From an uncultured Spirochaetota bacterium (lineage in GTDB: Bacteria > Spirochaetota > UBA4802 > UBA5550): 64,000 nucleotides of DNA. The stretch's first letter is position 1, and every line of letters begins with the position of its first letter. The stretch lies in the NCBI GenBank assembly GCA_963827275.1, contig CAWHAA010000001.1, positions 1-64,000 of the forward strand, given 5' to 3'. The translations under genes were made by a program, and so were the position numbers. Below the pieces are notes generated by a model that did no database searches, was not told the origin of the DNA, and was given only the letters and a program-made list of their open reading frames with translations. Of the stretch, positions 22,501-30,150 are shown piece after piece.

Positions 22501-22628
22501 GGGAACTCGATGTCGGGGTAGAGGTCCAGCGGCATTTTTGAAAAGCTCACGTAGCCCAGCACGCCGATCGCGATAAAGACCATTATGGAGGTGATGTACC
22601 GGTTGACCGAAATTTCGGTGAGCTTCAT
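19506..22628 (-). CDS. RND efflux permease (AcrB/SwrC-like)
   Basis: 1040 aa; PLDLYPDIEFP, GLLIDNSIVVLDN, GIVVNNAIVLVD, RLRPIMMT. Confidence 0.96.
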   Translation of the reverse strand: MKLTEISVNRYITSIMVFIAIGVLGYVSFSKMPLDLYPDIEFPVAVVILQYPDVGPKEVESTVTRPVEETLASINNLDSIVSTSKEGIAVVTMKFVWGTDMGLAVSDIRERIDIIKGYLPAEVETPIVLKFDMSMIPVMVLSVSSRRDAMWVREYAEDFLKNQFERIDGVASAQVMGGAEKEVHVELIKSRMDAYGITVESLANIVAMENLNIAGGDIKSPRRKYTLRTRGDFRDLGDIRNIVVTVKGGAPVYLYDIARVYEGPAERTDLVRLNGKNGVMLRLSKQSDKNTVLVCRNIYKRLEEMKATLPNGVAVVPVFDQSEYIEQAISAVTDSAWQGSLLAILIVLIFLRNIRSALILGLSIPLSIIATFIAMYANGISLNMMSMGGLALGVGLLIDNSIVVLDNIFRYRERGARPTEAAKLGSEEMWLAITASTLTNIIVFIPFLFTEGLAKQLFKQMALTITFSMILSLVIALTLIPMMTARFVPVIEKRYRGRLAFLNGVFDWSRARLDEMDAVYSRVIVWALGHRKRVVLYTVLAIVAGVAAIYLTGAEYMPEQDDGRLAFQVKLPVGTNLDTTEKAMMEIEQKVARIVRKEEYRVVSVRAGYSEGIGGAFSETTDNKASMEFRLVSTTARKRSLPEIRNAVRDGLAGFPGVTFNFSPQSAAGRMFSMGGGTSVVINVYGYDFDDSKRFTAEIYNAIKDIPGLKDIDISREEGLPEKVMEINREKASRAGLSSIAIASAVKNNVAGRVATVYRHKGKEYDVRLRLRPEDRRNLDDIKQIRVGTLLGTTVPVGNYLDIREASGPTTIERERQERVTYITCRPEGRPLDAVVRDIQAKLDTVVKPTNFIVEITGSFKDMQETFRDLVLALVLAVLLIYIIMASQFESLLSPFIVMFSIPTMMFGVGIFLFLTGTTFSVVAFMGVIMLSGIVVNNAIVLVDYTNILRARGMPYREALVQAGRNRLRPIMMTTFTTIFGLVPMAIGTGEGAEMSAPLARSVLGGMCSSFIFTLIFIPVMYSLFETLKERWRSRRAGRV

Positions 22629-23584
22629 TTGCCCTCCCCCTCCACCTCGCCGGGCCCCATCTCCTTTTCCTCGCCCCCGTTCTTTTCCATATATACCAGG
22701 AGGGCATCGCCCGCCGACACATTCTCCTGCCCCTGCGTAATGATGCGTTCCCCCCCGGTCAGCCCGTCGGTAATCTCGGCGTGCTCGTCCGTGACAATGC
22801 CGGTCGTGACCGGCTGCTTCACCGCGCGGTCCTTCACGATCTTATACACGAACGGCGCCTTCGCCTCGTCGATCATGATGGCGTCCACCGGCACCGCCAG
22901 CGCGTTCCCCCTGCTCCTCACCAGGATCGTCACCGACGCGAACATGCCGTGCCTGAGCGCCATGCCGGGGTTCGGGAGGCGCACTATGACGTCCTGGGTC
23001 CGGCTCGCGGTATCCACCACCGCGCTCTTCTTGGCGACCGTGCCGCGGAACACCTTCCCGGGATGGGCCTGCACCGTGATGTCGGCGCGCATCCCCACCG
23101 TGATGCGCTCCATGTCCTCCTCGATGAGGTGCACCACCGCCTCCACGTTGTTCATGTTCACCACCTGGGCGAGCGGCACGGCGGGCGCGATGGACACGCC
23201 CCGGTCAACCATGATCTTGCCGACGTACCCGGTGATGGGCGATTCGACCGGCGCCGGAAGGTATTCCATCCCCACGATGTCACGGTTGATCTTGAACAGC
23301 ACCTGCCCCCGCACGACCCGCTGGCCCTCGCGGACGGCGATGACCTCCACCTTCCCGGGCACCTGCGAATAGACCATGACCGCGTCCTCTCCCACGATGT
23401 CCCCGGTGAGCTTCAGCTTTTCGACCATGTCCATGCGGCCGACGGCGGCGGCGCGCACCGGGATGCGCTTGTCGGCCCGGATGTCTGCCTTACCCTTGAT
23501 GGTTCTGTTCACGAAAACGCCGACCCGGTAGATGGCCAGGACCGCGACCGCGGCGATGATGACGATTGTTACTATGCGCTTCAT
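22625..23584 (-). CDS. RND periplasmic adaptor (membrane fusion protein)
   Basis: N-terminal anchor, lipoyl half-motifs VREGQRVVRGQVL and SPITGYV (very short hairpin), LRHGMFA; overlaps the RND start. Confidence 0.9.
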   Translation of the reverse strand: MKRIVTIVIIAAVAVLAIYRVGVFVNRTIKGKADIRADKRIPVRAAAVGRMDMVEKLKLTGDIVGEDAVMVYSQVPGKVEVIAVREGQRVVRGQVLFKINRDIVGMEYLPAPVESPITGYVGKIMVDRGVSIAPAVPLAQVVNMNNVEAVVHLIEEDMERITVGMRADITVQAHPGKVFRGTVAKKSAVVDTASRTQDVIVRLPNPGMALRHGMFASVTILVRSRGNALAVPVDAIMIDEAKAPFVYKIVKDRAVKQPVTTGIVTDEHAEITDGLTGGERIITQGQENVSAGDALLVYMEKNGGEEKEMGPGEVEGEGK

Positions 23585-23606
23585 TGATTTCCCCCGCTCC
23601 GGAATG

Positions 23607-25082
23607 TCATTTTATCATGTAATGGTCTTCGCCCATGGCCCGGTTCAGGTCCGCCTTGGCCACCTGCAGGTCGTTCAGGGACTGCAGGTAGAGCGTGGTG
23701 GCGGTTATGAGCTGAACGTTCGCCTCGAGGAGCTTCGTGTTGTCGATGACGCCGCCGCGGAACTGGAGCCGGGCGACCTTGAGCGATTCCTCCGCCGCCT
23801 CGATGTTGCCCTGCTGCGCGCCGATTGAAATCTCGGCGGACCGGAGCCTGAGGTAGCCGCGCTCGACCTCCAGCTTCACGCCCTTGATGAAGGCCTCGAG
23901 CTGCTGGTCGGTCTGCCTGCCCTGGCTTTTCAGCTGGTCCGACTTCGCGTGGGATGACTCGATCGGGGCAAGCGCGCCCCAGCGGTACGTGGCGCCCACG
24001 GTGACCGACCAGGTCCGGTTCCATCCGGACGGCGAGAGGGACGACGACAGCGATGAAGACATCAGCCCCAGCGACGTCGTGGAGGGGTTGAGCAGCATGG
24101 CGATGGCGCCCAGCTCGTCAGATTGCGACGGCTCCTTCGTGTCGTTCTTCGAATACCCCACGTTCCCGCTCAGGAAAAACGACGGCCACAGGTACACCGA
24201 GGACGCCGCCCGTGCGCTGTCCTTTTCGATCTCCTTCTTCATCCTGAGCTGGATCAGCTCGGGCCTGTTCCTGAGCGCGATCGCGATCAGGTCCCGTTCC
24301 GCGGCACCTGCCGGTCCCTGTTCCGCGTCCGCGGCATCGGCCGTCACGGCCCCGGTTTCGCCGTAGCGAGCCAGCGTTCCGTCAAGGGTGAGCGGATCAT
24401 GCAGGTCCCGCCCCATGTGGATATTCAGCGCCGCCCGGGCCGACCGGTAGTCGTTCTGTGCGTTGATGAGCCTGGTGCGCTCGTTGGCGTGCGCCACCCT
24501 GGCGCGGAGGAAGTCGAGCTTCGAGAGCATGCCCTTCTGGTACCCGGCGGTGACGACGCGCAGGTTTTCATCGAGGAGCTTCACCGATTCGGTGTAGAGC
24601 TTCACGAGCTCGCCGGCCATGAGCGACTGGTAATAGAGCCTGATGCACTGGACGGTGGTCTCCGCCTTGACGCGCCGCACATCGTTCTCGGCGATGATGT
24701 AGCCCTTGCGCGCCGCGCTGAGGCTGTTATAAAAGACCCCCGGGTTTATGGCGAGGGTGCCGTTCACGATCTTGATGTCGTACTGGCCTTCCATCTGCGC
24801 GGCGTAGCCGGACTGGGCCCCCATGCGGGTCACCGCCACGTCGGTGGAAAGGCTCGGCCAGAGCATGCCCCATACCTCGCGGACCTTGTAGCCGGATTCG
24901 CGTGATTTCTCGATCGCACCCAGGAGCTGGTTGTTGCTCCTGACCGACAGGGCGAGCGCCTGTTCGAGCGTCAGAGCCCCCGGAGCGGCGGGAGCGCCGC
25001 TGCCCGGCACCGACAGCACCGCCGCGGCAAGCAGGACTGCCGTAGCGGCGCGGCACGCAATCTTCGATCTCATCATGGGCAT
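23607..25082 (-). CDS. TolC-family outer membrane protein
   Basis: Signal peptide, LTLEQALALS, two helical OEP repeats; within the efflux operon. Confidence 0.9.
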   Translation of the reverse strand: MPMMRSKIACRAATAVLLAAAVLSVPGSGAPAAPGALTLEQALALSVRSNNQLLGAIEKSRESGYKVREVWGMLWPSLSTDVAVTRMGAQSGYAAQMEGQYDIKIVNGTLAINPGVFYNSLSAARKGYIIAENDVRRVKAETTVQCIRLYYQSLMAGELVKLYTESVKLLDENLRVVTAGYQKGMLSKLDFLRARVAHANERTRLINAQNDYRSARAALNIHMGRDLHDPLTLDGTLARYGETGAVTADAADAEQGPAGAAERDLIAIALRNRPELIQLRMKKEIEKDSARAASSVYLWPSFFLSGNVGYSKNDTKEPSQSDELGAIAMLLNPSTTSLGLMSSSLSSSLSPSGWNRTWSVTVGATYRWGALAPIESSHAKSDQLKSQGRQTDQQLEAFIKGVKLEVERGYLRLRSAEISIGAQQGNIEAAEESLKVARLQFRGGVIDNTKLLEANVQLITATTLYLQSLNDLQVAKADLNRAMGEDHYMIK

Positions 25083-25089
25083 CTTCCTT

Positions 25090-25830
25090 CTATCGTAATT
25101 CCAGCCATTTCTGGCGCTGCTTGATCTCCGTGATCGTGGCGTCGATCATGGCGGTCAGTCCCTCCGGGAGCACCGGGATTTTCAGCTTTTTCCCCTCCGG
25201 CCGCAGGGCCTTGAAGACGTATTCCACGACGAAGGCGAAAAACCTGTCGTGCGATGCGTCGCCGTAGAGCCGGCGGAAGAGGGGCGTGTCCTGGTAATTT
25301 TCGCGGTTCGATTCATATGAAATGACCAGGGACACGATATTCAGCACCGTCAAAAGAGTGTCGCGGGTCTCGAACACGCCAGCGCTGACGCCGTTTCGAA
25401 TAAGCCCTTCCAGCGCCTCCATGCGGGGGACGAAATAGGTGTTCAGGAGCGACTTGATGTTCTCACGCCCCTCCGCGATTTCGCGGGCGATAATTCTATT
25501 AAAGTCGGGATCGATGCCGCCGTGATGGAAATTGACGAAAAAATAGAGGGCCGCCATGAGCCGCTCCGCCGGGCCAAGGGACCACCGGTCGAACCGTTCA
25601 CGAAGGTCGCTCGCTTCGTCGACCCCGAAAAGGCGGCGCAGCACTTCCAGGTACAGCTGTTCCTTGCTGCCGAAATAATAATGGATGAGCGCCTGGTTTA
25701 CGCGGGCCTTCCGGGCGATGGGGCCAAGGCGCGAGCCCTGGTAGCCGCACTCGGCAAACTCCCTCTTTGCCGCTGAAAGAATCAGCTCGCGCGAAAGGCG
25801 CCCGGCCGGCTCCTCGACACGTTTTTTCAT
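25090..25830 (-). CDS. TetR/AcrR-family regulator
   Basis: ILSAAKREFAECGY..IARKARVNQALIHYYFGSKEQLY HTH. Confidence 0.93.
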   Translation of the reverse strand: MKKRVEEPAGRLSRELILSAAKREFAECGYQGSRLGPIARKARVNQALIHYYFGSKEQLYLEVLRRLFGVDEASDLRERFDRWSLGPAERLMAALYFFVNFHHGGIDPDFNRIIAREIAEGRENIKSLLNTYFVPRMEALEGLIRNGVSAGVFETRDTLLTVLNIVSLVISYESNRENYQDTPLFRRLYGDASHDRFFAFVVEYVFKALRPEGKKLKIPVLPEGLTAMIDATITEIKQRQKWLELR

Positions 25831-25845
25831 CCCGTACCCTGCAGA

Positions 25846-25869
25846 TAATTTAACCAGATAGTTTAATTA
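25846..25869. promoter_or_regulatory. Candidate TetR operator (imperfect palindrome)
   Basis: TAATTTAACCAGATAGTTTAATTA lies 15 bp upstream of the tetR start. Confidence 0.5.
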
Positions 25870-26062
25870 ACCAGTTAATCAAAATCGGATGCTCCGTCAA
25901 TCATTTTATTAATGGCCAATGCTAAAAAAATGGCACTATGATTCAATAATTGCATATCTCTTCCTTGAGTGAAGGGGCGGCACCTTTCGCGGAAAAGTGC
26001 TTGATGCCCCGCCGCGTTGATAGAAATAATGCCGGATATTCTTATTTTACACGGATATCCCC

Positions 26063-27538
26063 ATGAAAGACAGATCACAGCTCCAGGCCCTGTTCGAACC
26101 CCGCGCCATTGCCTTCATCGGCGCATCAACCAGCGTCAGCAAGTGGGGCTTCAATATCCTTCACCATCTCTACAAGGGCGGCTTTGCCGGCGGCATTTAC
26201 CCGGTGAACCCGCAGGGAGGAACCTGGTTCGGCAGGGAGATATACAGGGGCCTGGCCGATGTGCCCCGCCCCGTTGACCTGGCGGTGATCGTCGTGCCCA
26301 AGGAACTGGTGCCCGGCACCATGCGCGAATGCGCCGCCGCGGGGATACGGGCCGCGGTGGTGATCACCGCCGGTTTCAGCGAGACCGATGCCCGGGGCAC
26401 GGCCCTGGAACGCGAGGTGGTCTCCATCGCGCGCGAGGCAGGTATCCGCATCGTGGGCCCGAACACCATGGGCGTGTTCAGCGCCTACCCCTCGACCGTG
26501 CAGGCCGTCATGATGTCCACATCGATCAGGCCTGGCGGCGTGGCAATCGTGTCCCAGAGCGGCAACCTCGGCACCTCGATCACCTACCGCTTCACCCGGC
26601 GCGAGATCGGCATCAGCCGCCTCGTCAGCTCGGGCAACGAGGCAGACATGAAGATCGAGGACTACCTGGAATACCTCGAAACGGACGATCACACGAAGAT
26701 AATCTGCCTCTATGTGGAGGGGCTGCGGGACGGCCGGCGCTTCTTCGACATCGCCCGGCGCGTGGCGCTCAGGAAGCCGATCATCCTCCTCAAGGGCGGC
26801 ACCGGCGCCACCGGCGCCGGCGCCGCACTGTCGCACACCGGTGCGCTCGCGGGGAGCTACGCCGTGTTCAGCGCCATGTGCAGTCAGGCCAACATCATCC
26901 TTGCCCCCACCATCGACGAGATGGTCGACGTGGCCGGGCTCATGCTCTCGCAGCCGGAGTTCACCGGCAAGCGCATCGGCATCGTCACCCAGGGCGGCGG
27001 CTGGGGGGTCATATCGGCCGACCTCTGCGAGGAGGCGGGCCTCGAGCTCCCGCCGCTTCCGGAGCGCGTGGTGTCAGAGCTGGACTCCTTCCTGCCGGCC
27101 TTCTGGAGCAGGCGCAACCCCCTCGACCTGGTGGCTCCCGGCAAGGTCTCCATGGTCTCGGACACGATCGAGGCCCTGATGGAGCATGCCGACCTGGACG
27201 CGATCCTTCTCCTGGGACTGGGCTACATGACACTCCGGGCCCGTCGGTGGATGGACTCGCCGGTCCTTCCCCCGGACGTCATGGCGGAGTCCGCGCAGAA
27301 AATGATAGAGGGCGAAATGGGGCTCCTCGACCTCGTGCTGAAGCAGATCAGGCACTTCAACAAGCCGATCATCCCGGTCATAGACTCGGTCGCCTTTGAC
27401 GATCCCTCGGAGGGCAACATCGTGAAGCACCTGGACCGCGAAGGCGTCATGGCCTATTCCTCGCCGGAGCAGGCCATAGGCGCGCTGGCCAGGGCCCAGG
27501 AGTATTTCCGGAAACGGGGCGCGCGGGCGGGACATTAA
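26063..27538 (+). CDS. Acyl-CoA synthetase (NDP-forming) alpha subunit / CoA-binding protein
   Basis: LFEPRAIAFIGAS, YPVNP, ITAGFSE, GPNTMG, SQSG, SSGNEAD, phospho-His motif SHTGALAG, RNPLDL; no ATP-grasp domain. Confidence 0.9.
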   Translation: MKDRSQLQALFEPRAIAFIGASTSVSKWGFNILHHLYKGGFAGGIYPVNPQGGTWFGREIYRGLADVPRPVDLAVIVVPKELVPGTMRECAAAGIRAAVVITAGFSETDARGTALEREVVSIAREAGIRIVGPNTMGVFSAYPSTVQAVMMSTSIRPGGVAIVSQSGNLGTSITYRFTRREIGISRLVSSGNEADMKIEDYLEYLETDDHTKIICLYVEGLRDGRRFFDIARRVALRKPIILLKGGTGATGAGAALSHTGALAGSYAVFSAMCSQANIILAPTIDEMVDVAGLMLSQPEFTGKRIGIVTQGGGWGVISADLCEEAGLELPPLPERVVSELDSFLPAFWSRRNPLDLVAPGKVSMVSDTIEALMEHADLDAILLLGLGYMTLRARRWMDSPVLPPDVMAESAQKMIEGEMGLLDLVLKQIRHFNKPIIPVIDSVAFDDPSEGNIVKHLDREGVMAYSSPEQAIGALARAQEYFRKRGARAGH

Positions 27539-27586
27539 CCCGCGTTCCGAACAGGCGCCATATTTTTATTTTTTTCATTTCAGAAC

Positions 27587-27615
27587 TTGACTATATTCTT
27601 TAATTCTATTATATT
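27587..27615 (+). promoter_or_regulatory. Putative sigma70 promoter
   Basis: TTGACT-N17-TATATT. Confidence 0.6.
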
Positions 27616-27644
27616 GATATAATTAATTAAGGAGGTACCTGACC

Positions 27645-27773
27645 ATGAACGCAACCAACAGCTTCTGCAAGAATAGCTCATGCAATTACTACCGGTCACA
27701 TGCAACAATATTCAGCGAAGAACTGGCAGGCTCGTCGAGAAATTTCTTCTCGTTTAAATATATTTCATGCTGA
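27645..27773 (+). CDS. Small 42-aa protein, not in the ORF track
   Basis: TAAGGAGGT RBS; MNATNSFCKNSSCNYYRSHATIFSEELAGSSRNFFSFKYISC; own promoter and terminator. Confidence 0.6.
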   Translation: MNATNSFCKNSSCNYYRSHATIFSEELAGSSRNFFSFKYISC

Positions 27774-27778
27774 TGCTG

Positions 27779-27808
27779 AAAAAGCCCGCTGTCTCCAGCG
27801 GGCTTTTT
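27779..27808 (+). terminator. Rho-independent (bidirectional-type) terminator
   Basis: AAAAGCCCGCTG-TCTC-CAGCGGGCTTTTT. Confidence 0.85.
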
Positions 27809-27910
27809 AATTTCTGCGATTATTAATTGCACCGCGCGCTTATCTACTTGACTGCACCAGATTACTGCCATGATACTGTCGTACCAATACGCGCACCAGG
27901 AGGCAACGGT

Positions 27911-28465
27911 ATGGAACAGCTCAGATGCAAAGCCTGCGGATACATCATGAACGCCGGGAAGCCCGGCGACAAATGCCCCGCCTGCGGCCTGCCGCGTACC
28001 GTTTTCGAGCCGTTCAGGGAAAACCTCTCAAAAAGAAGAAGGCTCATTCTCGCCCTGAACCTGCACCCGATCGCCCTCCACTTTCCCCAGGCGTTTGCCG
28101 CGGTAATCCCGGTCTTCATACTGGCCGGCGTGGCCATCCCCTCCTCCGTCGGCAGCGACCTGCTCGCCGCGGCCCGGGTGCTCTCCGTCCTGCTCCCGTT
28201 TGCCGTCATCGCGGCGTTTGCCTCGGGCGCGCTTGACGGGTGGAACCGCTTCAAGAGGCTCACCACCCCCGCCCTGACGAGAAAGATCATCCTCGGCTCG
28301 GTCCTCCTCGCCCTGTCCGTCGCCGCCTCGCTGGTCGCGGTCACCCAGGGCACCGACTACCCCGGGCGGCTGGCGCTGCTGTTCCTCACCATCGGATGCT
28401 CGCTATGCCAGTTCATGCTCGCGCAGATCGGGAAAACCCTCATGAACGCGAAGCTGCAGGGCTGA
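27911..28465 (+). CDS. Rubredoxin-like domain fused to a 4-TM membrane domain
   Basis: CKACGY...CPACG, then LHPIALHFP and hydrophobic helices; AGGAGG RBS. Confidence 0.8.
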   Translation: MEQLRCKACGYIMNAGKPGDKCPACGLPRTVFEPFRENLSKRRRLILALNLHPIALHFPQAFAAVIPVFILAGVAIPSSVGSDLLAAARVLSVLLPFAVIAAFASGALDGWNRFKRLTTPALTRKIILGSVLLALSVAASLVAVTQGTDYPGRLALLFLTIGCSLCQFMLAQIGKTLMNAKLQG

Positions 28466-28471
28466 CGTCCG

Positions 28472-29605
28472 TCACTTTCCTGAAAAAAACCTTTTCAGCG
28501 TGATACCGGTTCCGGTCAGCAGCACCGGCGGGAGCATGCGAGCAATCAGCCCCGTATAACTCCGCGAGGGCGGCCGGTACTGCCTGTTTTCCTTCATCCG
28601 TAGTGCGTTATTTCTGCATACCTTGACGCAATTGCCGCAACCGACGCAGAGCTCCTGTTTATACGCATGTTTCCCGTTCTCTAAAGAATGTGCACGGGTA
28701 TTGCAGGCCGTTACGCACTTCCCGCAGTTACTGCATACCGATTCGTCTACCGCCACGATGACTTGCGGAGGCGCAATCAGGTTCTTGCTGAAGCTGTTAT
28801 GTATCTTGAGGGCGCGGCAGCAGCAGTCGCAGCAGGTGCATATCGCGGTCTGGGCAGCCGGCACGACATTCGATGTAAAAAAAACAAGGTTTTTTTCCCG
28901 CCGCTCCTCTACGATATCGCGCATCTCCTCCCTGCTCACGCTCCGGCCGTTCCCTTCTTTTGCAAGGCCGAGGGAAAAATCGCCGAAGGTGAGGCACCCG
29001 TCGTGGCGGGAGGCCCGCCCGCAGTCATGGCCTGTCAGGTGCATCGAATTCCTGCATGGGCAGATATGATACACGCCGAAATGTTCATGCGAGTCGATCA
29101 TCTCCCCGACCAGGTCGGCATCGGCCATGACACTGCATCCTTCGACCGCGCGCCGCACAGGGATATTCCGTATTGCGTTTACCGGCCTGCTGAAGTAGTC
29201 GCCCAGGTACCCTGTCTCAACAAGGTCATTCATGAGTTCCGCGTATACGACATGCCAGGGGGCGGCCTTGTCAATCCGCAATAAATGCTCGAATATGCCG
29301 GGGATGAGGGGATAGAGCATAAAACGTCCCGCAAAGGTGATAATGGTCCTTTTTCGGCACATCTCCTCCAGGATCGGGGCCAGCACGTCTTTATGAATGC
29401 CTGATTTTCGCGCAATCTGCCCGCGCGTTTTCGGATACATAAAAGACAGGTGCCTGCCGATACGCGCCTCTTCCGGGGTGAACAGGTGTGTTATAAGGAT
29501 TACCAGCTTTTCACTCATTGGCGGCCCCATGACCCTGACAGAGCTGAACATCACTGCCAGATCGATATATACCGGGTCGGCCTTATATTTCGGGATTATT
29601 TTCAT
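28472..29605 (-). CDS. 4Fe-4S ferredoxin-domain protein
   Basis: CPCR, ICTCCDCCC, CSNCGKCVTAC, CVGCGNCVKVC. Confidence 0.85.
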   Translation of the reverse strand: MKIIPKYKADPVYIDLAVMFSSVRVMGPPMSEKLVILITHLFTPEEARIGRHLSFMYPKTRGQIARKSGIHKDVLAPILEEMCRKRTIITFAGRFMLYPLIPGIFEHLLRIDKAAPWHVVYAELMNDLVETGYLGDYFSRPVNAIRNIPVRRAVEGCSVMADADLVGEMIDSHEHFGVYHICPCRNSMHLTGHDCGRASRHDGCLTFGDFSLGLAKEGNGRSVSREEMRDIVEERREKNLVFFTSNVVPAAQTAICTCCDCCCRALKIHNSFSKNLIAPPQVIVAVDESVCSNCGKCVTACNTRAHSLENGKHAYKQELCVGCGNCVKVCRNNALRMKENRQYRPPSRSYTGLIARMLPPVLLTGTGITLKRFFSGK

Positions 29606-29683
29606 TATACCTTGAATAATAGCATAAATAAGAGATAATCGGGACGGTTTAAAAAATGCAATCCTTAAATCTATATTTATTAT

Positions 29684-29712
29684 TTGACAAAACAGGCCTC
29701 AATATATATAAT
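29684..29712 (+). promoter_or_regulatory. Perfect-consensus sigma70 promoter
   Basis: TTGACA-N17-TATAAT. Confidence 0.75.
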
Positions 29713-29865
29713 CCCCAAATCAATTGTTGTACCCATCATGGCCCCCTGCGTGTATGCGGGCACGATTTTTTAGACCAGAATATAACAACAAGTGATCAGC
29801 ATTAGCCTGCTTAAGAGTGCATTCAAATGAATAAACAAACATATATTAAAAAAAGGAGAAGTAAA

Positions 29866-30048
29866 ATGAAAAAACTCAGCACCATTATCGCAATCCTGGC
29901 AGTCAGCTTCATGGTCATCGGTCTTTCAAGCTGCAAGAAACAGGAAGCAACGGTTGAGGATGCAGCACAGCAAGCCGAGCAAACAGTTGACAAAGTCGAA
30001 AAAGCCGGCGAAGCCATCAAAGACGTTGTGAACGAAGTTAAGAAATAG
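29866..30048 (+). CDS. Small lipoprotein (60 aa)
   Basis: AAGGAG RBS; MKKLSTIIAILAVSFMVIGLSS-C lipobox; helical charged mature part. Confidence 0.85.
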   Translation: MKKLSTIIAILAVSFMVIGLSSCKKQEATVEDAAQQAEQTVDKVEKAGEAIKDVVNEVKK

Positions 30049-30073
30049 TAATTTCAAACAAATTCACTGGCAA

Positions 30074-30127
30074 TAACAGCCAATACCGGGTGTGTTGATA
30101 AATCCCGGCATTGACTGTTTTTTTTTG
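30074..30127 (+). terminator. Probable terminator of the lipoprotein gene
   Basis: AACAGCCAATACCGGG ... CCCGGCATTGACTGTT imperfect stem followed by a T-run. Confidence 0.6.
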
Positions 30128-30150
30128 CGGGATAGTACCGCCTGTCTCCA

